Shown in pieces: positions 9,067 to 19,658 of a DNA stretch of 64,000 bases; position 1 is the stretch's first letter, and each line of letters starts with the position of its first letter. Source of the stretch: Thermodesulfobacteriota bacterium (GTDB lineage Bacteria > Desulfobacterota_D > UBA1144 > Nemesobacterales > Nemesobacteraceae). The stretch is from NCBI GenBank assembly GCA_965209225.1, contig OZ242379.1, forward strand, positions 1,421,289 to 1,485,288, written 5' to 3'. Under the pieces are notes generated by a model. That model was given only the letters and a program-made list of their open reading frames with translations. It was not told the DNA's origin and made no database searches. A program made the translations under genes and the position numbers.

Positions 9067-10485
9067 TTGAGTCCTTTGAAAAACCGGAAAAAATCTTTCA
9101 ATCTAGTTCCATTCTTTCCCGTATTCGCTTTCTGTTTCCTGCTTTCATTTCTGGCGGTTTTCGCGTTCCAGTATTTCTATTTCCCGGAGAGGTACGCCGA
9201 CCTGATGGTTGAGGAGATGGAAGAAGCGTTCAGCGAGGAGGTTTTTTTCGCCGCCCGCGCAAGAAGCGTTCTTAATACGAGAAACAATGTCGGGTACGTA
9301 AGGCTGCTTGATCATAACGGGGTGCTTGAGAAGAGTTTCGGTTTTCAGGATGACAAGGGTTTTGAGAAGCTTGCCCTCAAGGGACCTGAGGGTAAGACTG
9401 TCCTTCTGGGTCTGAGAAGTTCTGTTGGCGAAAGCTTCCGCTTTGACGCTTTGCTCTGGAGCCTCGTTTTCGCTTCCCTTATGGCGGTTGTTTTTGCTTC
9501 TCTGATACGTTTTATAAGTGGTCGGGCATTCCGGTTCATGGGGGAATTCTCTGAAGCTGTAAGTTCTGTTGCCGGCGGAGATTACTCGGTCCGCCTGGAT
9601 GGGCGGTCTCCGCTCATTGCGGGGGCGGGGGTTCAGTGGCTTTGCCGTGAATTCAACGAGATGGTCTCCTCGCTTGAAGGCGGGTCGGCCGACCGGGACG
9701 ACACGGAGGATTTGGAAGATGTGGACTTTGACCGTTCGGATGAACTGCCGACGGATTTCCGGCCGAAGATAGTCTTAAGAGAGGAGCAATCTTCTGATGT
9801 TTCTCCGTTTGAGGCTCCCCAAGATTCGTTTGATGAGGGCCTGGTGGAAATCGTGCATGTTGGAGAAGAGGATGCCGAACCTGAACAAGAGGCTTCCTCC
9901 GCCGTTACCGAAATTGCGGATTCCGGGGGAAAGAAGACAGGTGTCGGCATACTCGTCGTAAAGATCGCGGATTTTGAGACCCTGATGGAAGATGTTTCGC
10001 CATCCGGCGTCAACTCTCTTACGGCAGATTACAGAAAATCCGTTTCAACTACCATAGGCTCCTTTGGAGGAACCGTGGAGGCCATACTTCGCGATGAGGT
10101 GGTGGCTTTTTTCACCAGCCCCGACCCCGAACCCGCCGCGAAGCTCAATTGCGTATGCTGCGCGGTTGAGATGATGCAGCTTTTCGCCGGGGTCGTTGAT
10201 GGTCAGAAAGTCTCTGCCCGCTCGGATATAAAGCTCAAGATGGGCATTTCCTCGGCTGATTTGCCGGTGTCAGATGAATCGGACGTTTTCGCGCTTGCGA
10301 AACCCTTTGTGGACGAAGCCAAGGCTCTTTGCAATGGAGCGAGGGCTTGGAGCGTATTTGTTACGACCGGTTTCCGCGAGGGCGCAAGCGATTATCTCGA
10401 AGTGAGACGTGAAAAGGTCGAAGGGAATCTCTGTTACGCCGTTACCGGGGTTGAGGAGGAAGCATTGCAGCGGGCCGGAAGATAG
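9067..10485 (+). CDS. Membrane protein with a HAMP-like linker and a degenerate class III nucleotidyl-cyclase-like domain
   Basis: Two N-terminal TM segments, an acidic linker, and a C-terminal region shaped like an adenylate/guanylate cyclase fold in which the canonical metal-binding Asp residues appear substituted. The start codon is non-ATG and uncertain. Confidence 0.4.
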   Translation: MSPLKNRKKSFNLVPFFPVFAFCFLLSFLAVFAFQYFYFPERYADLMVEEMEEAFSEEVFFAARARSVLNTRNNVGYVRLLDHNGVLEKSFGFQDDKGFEKLALKGPEGKTVLLGLRSSVGESFRFDALLWSLVFASLMAVVFASLIRFISGRAFRFMGEFSEAVSSVAGGDYSVRLDGRSPLIAGAGVQWLCREFNEMVSSLEGGSADRDDTEDLEDVDFDRSDELPTDFRPKIVLREEQSSDVSPFEAPQDSFDEGLVEIVHVGEEDAEPEQEASSAVTEIADSGGKKTGVGILVVKIADFETLMEDVSPSGVNSLTADYRKSVSTTIGSFGGTVEAILRDEVVAFFTSPDPEPAAKLNCVCCAVEMMQLFAGVVDGQKVSARSDIKLKMGISSADLPVSDESDVFALAKPFVDEAKALCNGARAWSVFVTTGFREGASDYLEVRREKVEGNLCYAVTGVEEEALQRAGR

Positions 10486-10600
10486 AGATCTCTCCTTACT
10501 TTGATCCGCTCTTTCAATTCAGTTTTCTACCATTCCTGTTATATTTTCTCATCCGGGCTGAACGGTCTGCTCCTCAGACAGTAACGGTTCACCCTGCTGT

Positions 10601-13237
10601 GTGTCTGGGATTTATCAGATGAAAGGATACGAGGTCAGAAGAGAATTTATCGAGTATTTCTCCGAAAGGGGACACGAACCGGTGCGCAGTTCCATTCTTA
10701 TACCGGAGAACGATCCGACCCTCCTTTTTACCAACGCCGGGATGGTTCAGTTCAAAAATGTTTTCACCGGGAATGAGACCAGGGACTTCAAAAGAGCGGT
10801 TTCTTCCCAGAAGTGCCTCAGAGCCGGGGGAAAGCACAACGATCTTGACAACGTCGGGTATACGGCGAGACATCACACTTTTTTTGAAATGCTCGGGAAT
10901 TTCTCCTTTGGCGACTACTTCAAGGAAGGAGCCATCAATTATGGATGGGATCTTATTACCAATGTTTACGGGCTCCCCAAGGAAAAACTCTGGGTCACCG
11001 TCTATAAAGACGACGACGAGGCTTTTGAGATCTGGAACAAAGATATCGGTGTCGCCAGGAAAAGGATCGTGAGGATGGGGGAGAAAGACAATTTCTGGTC
11101 AATGGGGGATACGGGCCCGTGCGGTCCGTGTTCCGAGATACTGATAGACCAGGGGCAATCGCTTGGCTGCGGGAAAGCTGGGTGCGCCGTCGGATGCGAG
11201 TGCGATCGCTACCTTGAGCTCTGGAATCTTGTGTTCATGCAGTTTGAGAGAAACGAGAAGGGAGAGATGACGCCTCTTCCTCGTCCCAGCATCGACACGG
11301 GGCTTGGGCTTGAAAGACTTGCGGCGGTTCTTCAGGGAGTGCGGAGCAACTATGAGACCGACCTTCTAAGAGGGGTAATAAGCAAGATAGAGGAGCTTTC
11401 CGGAAGAGATTATTCCACCGACCACTCGACCGAGGTTGCGATGAGGGTTATAGCGGATCATTCAAGAGCGCTTGCCTTTCTCATTTCGGACGGAGTATTC
11501 CCGTCAAACGAAGGCAGGGGATACGTTCTCAGGAGAATACTCAGGAGAGCCGTCCGCCACTCCAAGTTTCTGGGAATAGACGAACCCTTTATCTACAGGG
11601 TGCTGCCCGCGGTTGAGGGGATCATGGCGGATGCCTACCCCGAGATCAGGGAAAAGGGGGATTTTGTATCCCAGGTCGTAAAAAGCGAGGAGGAGAGATT
11701 CCTCGAGACGGTGGACAGAGGGCTTGAACTTCTTAACCAGGAAATCGCCAAGCTCGGAAAAAAGAAGAAGCTCCCCGGCAAGGTGGTTTTCAGTCTCTAC
11801 GATACATACGGGTTCCCGGTTGACCTGACCGAAGACATAACCAGAAACGAGGGGATAGATATTGACCTCCAGGGCTTTGAGAAGGAAATGGAGAAGCAGA
11901 GAATCAAGTCAAGAAAAGCCCGCGGCGGCGGAGAAACCGACCTTACATCTGTTCTGCTTGAGCTCGTCGCAGAGATGACGACAGAATTTGTTGGCTACAA
12001 GACCCTGTCTTCCGAAGCCGCGGTCACTGGAATAATAAGCCAGTGTGAGATTTCCGACACAGCCTGGGAGGGTCAGGAAGCGCAGATAATTACCGATATC
12101 ACCCCTTTTTACGGGGAGTCGGGCGGACAGACCGGGGACAGGGGCGAAATTGCCGGGCCGGGATTCCATGCGAAAGTCCTCGATACGAAAAAGCTCACCC
12201 CCACGTTTTTCATCCATAATGTCATTATCGAGAAGGGAAATGCGCAGGTCGGCGACCAAGTGCACATGGATGTTGACCCCGTGTTCAGAGGGGGGGTTAT
12301 GGCTCACCATACCTCAACCCATGTGCTCCACGCCGTTTTAAAGGAAGTCCTCGGCAATCACGTCAATCAGGCGGGATCGTTCGTCGGTCCCGACAGGCTC
12401 AGGTTTGATTTCAGCCACTATTCCTCAATCGAGAAACAGCAGCTCGATTCCATAGAACAGATCATTAACGAGAGAATAAGGCGTGACGACAGGGTCGTGA
12501 CAAGAGAAGACGTTTCATATGACGAAGCCATAAAGGACGGGGCCACCGCCATATTCGAAGAGAAATACGGCGACAGGGTGAGAGTGGTAATGATAGGGGA
12601 CTACAGCAAGGAGCTTTGCGGCGGCACCCATGTCGGGGCCTCGGGTGAGATAGGGATGGTGAAGATAGTGTCTGAGAGCGCGTCTTCCGCCGGAGTAAGG
12701 AGGGTCGAGGCCGTAAGCGGTCAGTCCGCATGGAATTACATCAAAGGGCAGGAGAATATCCTGAACGAATTTTCCACCGCCCTTAACGCACCCCGTTCCG
12801 AACTTCTTTCCAGACTTACCGGAATGATTGATGAAAATGCCCGGCTCCAGGCGGAAATCGAATCTTTCAGGGCGAGGACCCTTGTAGAAACGGCCGCCGG
12901 GCTGATTGACAAAATTGAGGATGTGGGAGGAGTCAATCTCCTTCGGGTCAAAGTTTCTGTTTCGAAACCTGCAGAACTGCGTTCTCTTTGGGATTACCTG
13001 AAGGGGAAAATGAATAACGGCATCGCTGTGCTTGCCGCTGAGAACGGAGGCCGGGTTTTTATCCTTGTGGGTATTACCAAGGACCTTGTCGGCAGCTATC
13101 ATGCTGGAAAAATCGTAAGGGAGCTTGCCGGAATTGTCGGCGGAAAAGGCGGCGGGGGTGCCGAGATGGCGCAGGCTGGCGGAAATATGCCCGGAAACAT
13201 ACCGAAGATGCTTGGTCAATTGGGAAATCTTATATAA
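10601..13237 (+). CDS. alaS: Alanine--tRNA ligase
   Basis: 878 aa; catalytic core, the HxxxH...CGGTH editing motifs and a C-terminal DHHA1 domain are all recognisable. Confidence 0.92.
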   Translation: MSGIYQMKGYEVRREFIEYFSERGHEPVRSSILIPENDPTLLFTNAGMVQFKNVFTGNETRDFKRAVSSQKCLRAGGKHNDLDNVGYTARHHTFFEMLGNFSFGDYFKEGAINYGWDLITNVYGLPKEKLWVTVYKDDDEAFEIWNKDIGVARKRIVRMGEKDNFWSMGDTGPCGPCSEILIDQGQSLGCGKAGCAVGCECDRYLELWNLVFMQFERNEKGEMTPLPRPSIDTGLGLERLAAVLQGVRSNYETDLLRGVISKIEELSGRDYSTDHSTEVAMRVIADHSRALAFLISDGVFPSNEGRGYVLRRILRRAVRHSKFLGIDEPFIYRVLPAVEGIMADAYPEIREKGDFVSQVVKSEEERFLETVDRGLELLNQEIAKLGKKKKLPGKVVFSLYDTYGFPVDLTEDITRNEGIDIDLQGFEKEMEKQRIKSRKARGGGETDLTSVLLELVAEMTTEFVGYKTLSSEAAVTGIISQCEISDTAWEGQEAQIITDITPFYGESGGQTGDRGEIAGPGFHAKVLDTKKLTPTFFIHNVIIEKGNAQVGDQVHMDVDPVFRGGVMAHHTSTHVLHAVLKEVLGNHVNQAGSFVGPDRLRFDFSHYSSIEKQQLDSIEQIINERIRRDDRVVTREDVSYDEAIKDGATAIFEEKYGDRVRVVMIGDYSKELCGGTHVGASGEIGMVKIVSESASSAGVRRVEAVSGQSAWNYIKGQENILNEFSTALNAPRSELLSRLTGMIDENARLQAEIESFRARTLVETAAGLIDKIEDVGGVNLLRVKVSVSKPAELRSLWDYLKGKMNNGIAVLAAENGGRVFILVGITKDLVGSYHAGKIVRELAGIVGGKGGGGAEMAQAGGNMPGNIPKMLGQLGNLI

Positions 13238-13453
13238 AAATTAATTTCTTTGTAAATCTCCTTAACCGCTCCGCAAATAACCGCCGCTACGGACCTGAAA
13301 CTCCCGGAAGGGACGCATCCTACGAAGTTGAAAACAGGTTTTCCACTGCCCGTTTGGCAATAATTCGCCGGTTCTGAATTCAACAAATTCATCAGATTGG
13401 TTTGAACTCAAACCTTTGAAGAGTTCTCTTTGCTCAGAAAATTAATAGAGGGG

Positions 13454-14784
13454 CACTACTGTCCCGACGTTTTGAGCTGAGTGTGTTGTAACCACCTGAC
13501 TACAAAGATAAAACAGCCGTTAAAGGATGCGTCGGACTTGAAGTTTAAAGTTCACTTTCCCATGATACCTGTATCTATCAGCATAACAGGAGGCAGATAT
13601 CATGTACACGGGGAAACTGGTTTTCTCTCAGCTCATGGAGCATCTTCCGTGGGATACTTTCCATAGATACGTAAAACGTTATAACGGCAATCACAAAGTC
13701 AAATCGTTCTTCTGCGCGGAGCAGTATCGCTGTATGGCCTTTGCACAGCTTGCCTACAGAGATAGCCTTCGCGACGTAGAAACCTGCCTGCGCGCCCAAG
13801 CAAAAAAACTCTATCACATGGGAATCTCAAGCGGCATATCACGCAGTACTCTTGCTGTCGCAAACAGAAATCGCAACTGGCAAATCTACGCGGATTTCGC
13901 ACAGCGCCTTATCCGTAAAGCCCGCTTGCTCTATCGTGACGATGACAACGGGCTTGATATCCCCGACACTGTCTACGCACTGGATTCCTCGACCATAGAC
14001 CTCTGTCTCAATTTATTCTCGTGGGCTAATTTCCGAAGAACCAAAGCAGCCGTAAAACTCCATACACTGCTTGATCTGCAAGGCTATATCCCTGCCTTCA
14101 TTCACATTTCCGATGGCAAACTCCACGATGTCAATGTTCTGGACAGAATCATTCTCGAACCCGGAGCCTTTTATGTTATGGACAGAGCCTACCTTGACTT
14201 CACCCGCCTGTATCGCCTCCACCAGTCAATGTGCTTCTTTGTTCTGCGAGCCAAAAAGAACACCAAGTACCGCCGGATTAAATCCCACAAGGTGGACCGT
14301 TCCACAGGACTTATCTACGACTGGACAATTAAACTCTCAGGCCCAAAGAGCATCAAAGATTTCCCCGACTCCTTACGAGCAGTAAAGTATCGGGATAAGG
14401 AACGTGATAAGACCCTCACTTTCATTACAAACAACTTCTCGCTTCCTGCCATTACCATTTGTGAACTGTATCGGAATCGGTGGCATGTTGAACTGTTCTT
14501 CAAATGGATCAAGCAGCACCTGAGAATCAAGAGTTTCTATGGAACCTCGGAGAACGCCGTGAAATCCCAGATATGGATAGCGGTTTCAGTCTATGTTCTC
14601 ATAGCGATCATAAAAAAACGTCTTGGGCTTGAGCATAGTTTCCACACAATTTTGCAGATTTTGAGCCTGACCCTGTTTGAAAAAATACCGTTAAATCAGC
14701 TACTTACGAAAGGACTGGATTTGTCTCCAGACTCAGTGTATCATAACCAGCTGAAATTGTTTGATTAACATCAAGACACTAGTG
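13454..14784 (+). mobile_element. IS4-family insertion sequence with a 9-bp target site duplication
   Basis: Imperfect terminal IRs cactactgtcccgacg (left) and cactagtgtcttgatg (right, reverse complement). Direct repeats ATAGAGGGG lie at 13445-13453 and 14785-14793. Confidence 0.7.
13602..14768 (+). CDS. IS4-family DDE transposase
   Basis: 388 aa with a DUF4372-like N-terminus and a DDE_Tnp_1 core. A 61-aa C-terminal fragment paralog lies at 24204-24389. Confidence 0.75.
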   Translation: MYTGKLVFSQLMEHLPWDTFHRYVKRYNGNHKVKSFFCAEQYRCMAFAQLAYRDSLRDVETCLRAQAKKLYHMGISSGISRSTLAVANRNRNWQIYADFAQRLIRKARLLYRDDDNGLDIPDTVYALDSSTIDLCLNLFSWANFRRTKAAVKLHTLLDLQGYIPAFIHISDGKLHDVNVLDRIILEPGAFYVMDRAYLDFTRLYRLHQSMCFFVLRAKKNTKYRRIKSHKVDRSTGLIYDWTIKLSGPKSIKDFPDSLRAVKYRDKERDKTLTFITNNFSLPAITICELYRNRWHVELFFKWIKQHLRIKSFYGTSENAVKSQIWIAVSVYVLIAIIKKRLGLEHSFHTILQILSLTLFEKIPLNQLLTKGLDLSPDSVYHNQLKLFD

Positions 14785-14965
14785 ATAGAGGGGGATGAAT
14801 GTGGGGTATTTAGGATATCTGGAAAGGTAATTGTAAAAGTGAAACTCAGATTTTTTGCTGAACCTGAATTCCCAACTGTAAGGAGTGAAGTTACATCCAA
14901 GATGAGTTTCATTCCATATTTCCGTATTTTTTCGTAGCAAGCCAATCAGTTTTGTCATTGTTTTA

Positions 14966-16291
14966 GTTAAGGGCACTTCTAAAAATACCCTTATATTCCA
15001 GTTAAACTCTAAACAGGAACAAAAGCATATCTGCCTACCCCCGCCAAATTACAGGGCGGTGGGCACAGATACGATAAAACAATAACCGGAGGAAGGAAAG
15101 TGGAACAGCTGGATTTCGGAGAAAAGAACAGGTACGTGAGACTGGATGACAAGAAAGACCCCCTGGTCAGACTCAACGCAATAATTCCCTGGGAGATGTT
15201 CCGTCCCCTACTGAGGTCGGTGTGGCGGAAGCCCGAGGGGGAGCGCAAGTCAAGCGCGGGGCGCAAGCCGTGGGACGAGATAGTGATGTTCAAGACAATA
15301 ATTCTGTGCGCTCTTTACAATCTGTCTGACGAACAGGTGGAGTACCAGATACTGGACCGTCTGTCGTTCACAAGGTTTCTGGGTCTTGAGCTCAAAGACA
15401 GGGTACCCGACGCAAGGACGGTATGGCTCTACAGGGACAAGCTCGCGCAGGCGGGGGTGATAGAGGAGCTGTTTGCGGATTTCGATGGTTATCTGAACAA
15501 AAGTGGATACAAGGCAATGGGAGGCCAGATAATAGACGCTTCCATAGTGTCGGTGCCGAAGCAGAGAAACACGAGGGATGAGAACAAGAAAATAAAGAAT
15601 GGGGAAGTTCCCCAAGAGTGGAAGAAAGAAAAGCGCGCGCAGAAGGATACCGACGCGAGATGGACAAAGAAACGTGGGACAAGTTATTACGGTTACAAAA
15701 ACCACGTGAACATAGATGCGAAGAACAAGCTGATAAGAGATTACGGGGTGACCGACGCATCTGTGCATGACAGTCAGATGTTTGAAGAGATACTGGATGA
15801 GGATAACAGTGGTGAAGGGGTATGGGCAGACAGCGCTTACAGGTCAAAGGAGATGGAGAAGAAGCTCCAGGAGAAGGGATACAGAAGTCATATTAACCGC
15901 AAGGGGTCCCGGAACAAGCCGCTTGGGAAATGGGCTGAGTATGCCAACAGGATTTATTCGGTGGTGAGGGTGAGGGTTGAGCATGTGTTCGGAGCGCAGA
16001 GCAACGACATGGGAGGAAGGCTTTTAAGAAGCATAGGGATTGTGAGGGCCAGGGCGCACATAGGACTTAAGAATTTGGCTTACAACATGCGGCGGCTGGT
16101 TTATCTTGAGGGAACGGTATAAGGGAAAATAGGATTGGAAATGGTCATGAAACACAGAGAATTGCTTCTTATGGCACGAAAAATGGGACAAAAAGCAGCT
16201 TTGCATGACGAAAACCCTTTGAGTTGAAAGGGAAAATGGAAAGTTGTTCGCAATCCTGAACCGCAAACCAATTTTTAGAAGTGCCCTTAAC
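14966..16291 (+). mobile_element. IS5-family insertion sequence nested inside another IS
   Basis: 21-bp perfect terminal IRs gttaagggcacttctaaaaat at 14966-14986 and 16271-16291 (inverted). No clear TSD. Confidence 0.7.
15100..16122 (+). CDS. IS5-family DDE transposase
   Basis: 340 aa; resembles the IS5/ISL2-group transposase N- and C-terminal regions. Confidence 0.75.
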   Translation: MEQLDFGEKNRYVRLDDKKDPLVRLNAIIPWEMFRPLLRSVWRKPEGERKSSAGRKPWDEIVMFKTIILCALYNLSDEQVEYQILDRLSFTRFLGLELKDRVPDARTVWLYRDKLAQAGVIEELFADFDGYLNKSGYKAMGGQIIDASIVSVPKQRNTRDENKKIKNGEVPQEWKKEKRAQKDTDARWTKKRGTSYYGYKNHVNIDAKNKLIRDYGVTDASVHDSQMFEEILDEDNSGEGVWADSAYRSKEMEKKLQEKGYRSHINRKGSRNKPLGKWAEYANRIYSVVRVRVEHVFGAQSNDMGGRLLRSIGIVRARAHIGLKNLAYNMRRLVYLEGTV

Positions 16292-16431
16292 CTATAAACA
16301 CTTTTTTATAATAATCCACTACCTCAAAACTCAATCCACCAGCACTTCTCTCCCATTCCTTATGTTTCACCCCCGTATCACATTAACCCACTGCAAACAA
16401 ACCATTTGACTCACCTCAACCCCAACAAATA

Positions 16432-18246
16432 TTGCTTGACAATGATGAACATACAGAATATAGTATTAACTATAGTGATAGTGTGTTTATCTGTTTACTA
16501 TCTGCAATGACATCACCACACGCAAAAAGATTCCTGGAACCAACAAACCCAGCCCAAAAACGCTACGAAGCCCTGCGCGCGTATTATGTAGACGGATTGT
16601 CCTCAGTTGAAGTGGCCGGACGTTTCGGATACTCCCACGGAACTGTCCGCAACATGTGTTCGGAATTTGCCAACAGCGATGATCCGGATTTCTTTTTGCC
16701 CAAGCCGCGCAAGCGCAAAGTCGCCCGCAAGGAAGACGACGCCTCCATGCGCAAGGAGAGGATACTTGAGTTACGCAAATCAGACGGCCTTTCCATCTAT
16801 GACATCATTGATGTCTTGAAGAAGGAAGGTGTTTCTGTGAGTTCAGCCTATGTTCACGGTGTGCTTAAAGATGCGGGGGTCGGGAAGCTTGCGCGGAGGT
16901 CTTTGGATGAGAGGCTGGACATTGTACGAGCACATAAAGCGGCTACATCTGATCGAAGGGCGCTTGATCTGAACTCCCGGACGTTTTCCACCAATTTCGC
17001 GGGGTTGTTTCTGTTTGCCCATGATCTAGGGAGAGTGGATATTGACAGCGTAGTGGAGAATATGCCGGGCAGCGGGATGATACCGGCGGGTTGCGCGTTT
17101 CGTTCTCTGCTTGTTTTGAAGCTGTGGGGTATAGGGAGGCCTTCACGGATAATGGCAGAGACTCTTGACGAGGGGTTGGGGCTGTTCAGCGGTCTTAACG
17201 TGATACCGAAGCGAAGCACTCTTACTGAGTATTCGTGCAGGGTTGATCCCCGAGTGAACCCCGGGTGTATGGACAGGTGGTACAAGGCGTTGCGAGGGCT
17301 CGGGGTTGCGCTTGGCGGAGAGGAATCGTTTGATCTTGATTTCCACACTATTCCCTATCATGGGGACGCAGCATTGGTGCAGAGACATTATGTGTCGAAG
17401 AGAAGCAGGCGGCAGAAGGGGGTACTGGCATTTGTAGCGAGGGACGCCGAGGCGAGGATGTTTGCCTGGGCAAACACTGATATACGCAAAGAGGGGATGA
17501 GCGATGAGATACTTCGGTTCATAGAGGGGTGGGAGAAGCGTACTGGGTGGAAGCCGAAGGAGCTTGTGTTTGACAGCGGGTTCACCACATATGCCAATTT
17601 GTGGAAGCTTAACGAGATGGGCATAGGATTTCTGACGTTACGAAGAAGGTCTGAGAAGATGGTTTCAGAGTTGTTTGCGAAGCCGTCATCTGAGTGGAAG
17701 AAGATAAGACTCGGCAATGTGGACAGGGAGTACAGGACACCAAGGGTATATGAGCAGAGAGTCAGGATCAGGGATTATCCGGAGGATGTACGTCAGATAG
17801 CGATAAGGGATCTTGGGCGCAGGAAGCCGGTGTTGCTTTTGACCAATCAGATGGAGGAGAGTGCGTCGGATATTATAGACCGTTACGCGAGGCGGATGAT
17901 AATAGAGAATACGATATCGGACGCTATAGACTTTTTTCACATGGATGCGCTGAGTGCGGCTGTGGCTATGAAGGTAAATGTGGACACTCAGCTCACGGTG
18001 ATGGCAAGTGGGTTGTACAGGTTGCTGGGGAAGCGAGTAGGCAGGGGGTATGAGGTTGCGAGGGCACGGACTATATTCCGTGATCTTGTGAATACGAGCG
18101 GAAGAATTGAGATAACCGCGCAGGAAGTAATAGTAAGTCTGGGTCGCAGGGCGAACAATCCGCTGCTTATAGCAGCTGGCTACGAGGAGATGGAAGAACC
18201 GATCCCTTGGCTTGATGACCGTGTTCTCAGAATCCGGTTCTTCTGA
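16432..18246 (+). CDS. DDE-type transposase (family uncertain; ISNCY/IS1634-like) with an N-terminal HTH
   Basis: 604 aa, carried on an IS bounded by IRs. Family assignment is unverified. Confidence 0.5.
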   Translation: MLDNDEHTEYSINYSDSVFICLLSAMTSPHAKRFLEPTNPAQKRYEALRAYYVDGLSSVEVAGRFGYSHGTVRNMCSEFANSDDPDFFLPKPRKRKVARKEDDASMRKERILELRKSDGLSIYDIIDVLKKEGVSVSSAYVHGVLKDAGVGKLARRSLDERLDIVRAHKAATSDRRALDLNSRTFSTNFAGLFLFAHDLGRVDIDSVVENMPGSGMIPAGCAFRSLLVLKLWGIGRPSRIMAETLDEGLGLFSGLNVIPKRSTLTEYSCRVDPRVNPGCMDRWYKALRGLGVALGGEESFDLDFHTIPYHGDAALVQRHYVSKRSRRQKGVLAFVARDAEARMFAWANTDIRKEGMSDEILRFIEGWEKRTGWKPKELVFDSGFTTYANLWKLNEMGIGFLTLRRRSEKMVSELFAKPSSEWKKIRLGNVDREYRTPRVYEQRVRIRDYPEDVRQIAIRDLGRRKPVLLLTNQMEESASDIIDRYARRMIIENTISDAIDFFHMDALSAAVAMKVNVDTQLTVMASGLYRLLGKRVGRGYEVARARTIFRDLVNTSGRIEITAQEVIVSLGRRANNPLLIAAGYEEMEEPIPWLDDRVLRIRFF

Positions 18247-18599
18247 CCCTCAATGTGTCATCTCAGTTTTTGTAGTTGGGAATTCAGGCTGAAGCGGAGT
18301 CGAGAGTTCCCTATGAACTCACGGCGACCGGCCCTATGCCTTCACTTCTACATGAAACCACCGCCATGTCCCACAAACCACAAGGAACCTCGACCCGCTA
18401 TACTGCTTATTTCATGCCTTCAGTTAAATTTGCAGTCAAGAATAAACCACGCTATCTACCTACTACCATATTATAATTCGAGTGCTGATTCAATTAAAAT
18501 TTGCAAATGTAGTTGAAAAATGAAAAGTTCGTGAATAGTTATGAATTTCAGTGACTTAGAGGTAAGAACCCCCTCGGACTTATGCTTATCCCGAGAATT

Positions 18600-19487
18600 C
18601 TATACGTGAAAATGCTCTTTCTGGAATTCCTTCCTGATCTTGCTAAGAGCGTTTTTTTCTATCTGTCTTACACGTTCTCTTGAGATACCGAATTTGCGGG
18701 AAAGTTTTTCAAGAGTCTCGGGAGAATCGGTGAGAACGCGCCTCTCGATAATGTATCTTTCCCTGTCTTTCAGGTTCGCCAGGGCCTCTTTTATCTTTTT
18801 CGCCACAAGCGGGCGGGTCTGGGAGTCTTCGAGGAACTGCTCCTGGTCAAACGTGTCCCCCAGCATGTCAACATAGGTGCGTTCCGTGCTGCCTTCTATG
18901 TTTGCGTCAAGAGACAGGTCCTTTCCCGACATTATCCGGTCCATCTCGATTACCTGGCTGTCCGGCACATCAAGTTCTCTGGCTATCTCGGAGTAAATAT
19001 CCTCTCCCATCTCCGCTCCGGTGGCTTCGATTTTGTTTTTCGTCGATCTCAGTTTGTAGAAGAGCTTTCTTTGCGACTGGTTCGTACCGATTTTCACCAG
19101 GCTCCAGGTTTTCATTATGTGGTTCTGTATGTAGGCCCTTATCCACCAGACAGCGTATGAGATGAGCCTGTATCCCTTGGTCGGATCAAAGCCTCTTACG
19201 GCTTTCATGAGTCCTATGTTGCCTTCCTGGATAAGATCCATGGTGTTTACGTTGTAGTTTTTGTATTCGTTCGCAATGCGCACGACGAACTTCAGGTTTG
19301 ATACGATCAGTTTTCTGGCGGCCTCAAGATCACCCGTTTCCCTGTGCCTCATCGCGAGTTCATATTCTTCTTCCCTGCTCAAAACAGGGTAGTCCCTGAT
19401 CTGCGCCAGATAGCTTTGCAGGGAGTTTGAAAGCGCGGGAAGAGATGAACTCGCTTCTTCCGGTCTCTTTTCTTTTTTTCCGGCCAT
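18600..19487 (-). CDS. rpoH: RNA polymerase sigma-32 factor (heat-shock sigma)
   Basis: Sigma-70 regions 2-4 are present, together with an RpoH-box-like QRKLFYKLR segment. Confidence 0.75.
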   Translation of the reverse strand: MAGKKEKRPEEASSSLPALSNSLQSYLAQIRDYPVLSREEEYELAMRHRETGDLEAARKLIVSNLKFVVRIANEYKNYNVNTMDLIQEGNIGLMKAVRGFDPTKGYRLISYAVWWIRAYIQNHIMKTWSLVKIGTNQSQRKLFYKLRSTKNKIEATGAEMGEDIYSEIARELDVPDSQVIEMDRIMSGKDLSLDANIEGSTERTYVDMLGDTFDQEQFLEDSQTRPLVAKKIKEALANLKDRERYIIERRVLTDSPETLEKLSRKFGISRERVRQIEKNALSKIRKEFQKEHFHV

Positions 19488-19572
19488 TTTTGCTTCGGTA
19501 TTAGATTTGTTGACTGTTTTTCTTATCTATATAAAATTAACCATTCTTTGGCTTTTTTCTATTTTCTGCAGT

Positions 19573-19648
19573 TCCGGCGTAGCTCAGTTGGCAGAGCAGA
19601 TGACTGTTAATCATCGGGTCGCAGGTTCGAGCCCTGCCGCCGGAGCCA
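19573..19648 (+). tRNA. tRNA-Asn (GTT)
   Basis: Cloverleaf with a 7-bp acceptor stem TCCGGCG/CGCCGGA, anticodon loop CTGTTAA, T-arm GCAGGTTCGAGCCCTGC and an encoded CCA. Confidence 0.9.
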
Positions 19649-19658
19649 AATTCCATCC

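Larger units (their letters stand above)
14855..18296 (+). mobile_element. IS element (604-aa transposase) bounded by ~24-bp imperfect IRs and interrupted near its left end by an IS5 element
   Basis: Left end gctgaacctgaattcccaactgtaag (14855-14880); right end reverse complement gcttcagcctgaattcccaactacaa (18271-18296). The IS5 copy occupies 14966-16291. Confidence 0.55.

Noticed and set aside
12515-13219. 234-aa minus-strand ORF inside alaS
   Set aside because: It is antisense to a highly conserved gene. It is a typical spurious long ORF in a GC-biased frame.
16854-17348. 164-aa minus-strand ORF inside the 604-aa transposase gene
   Set aside because: It is an antisense shadow ORF. The plus-strand transposase is bounded by IRs and is the coherent reading.
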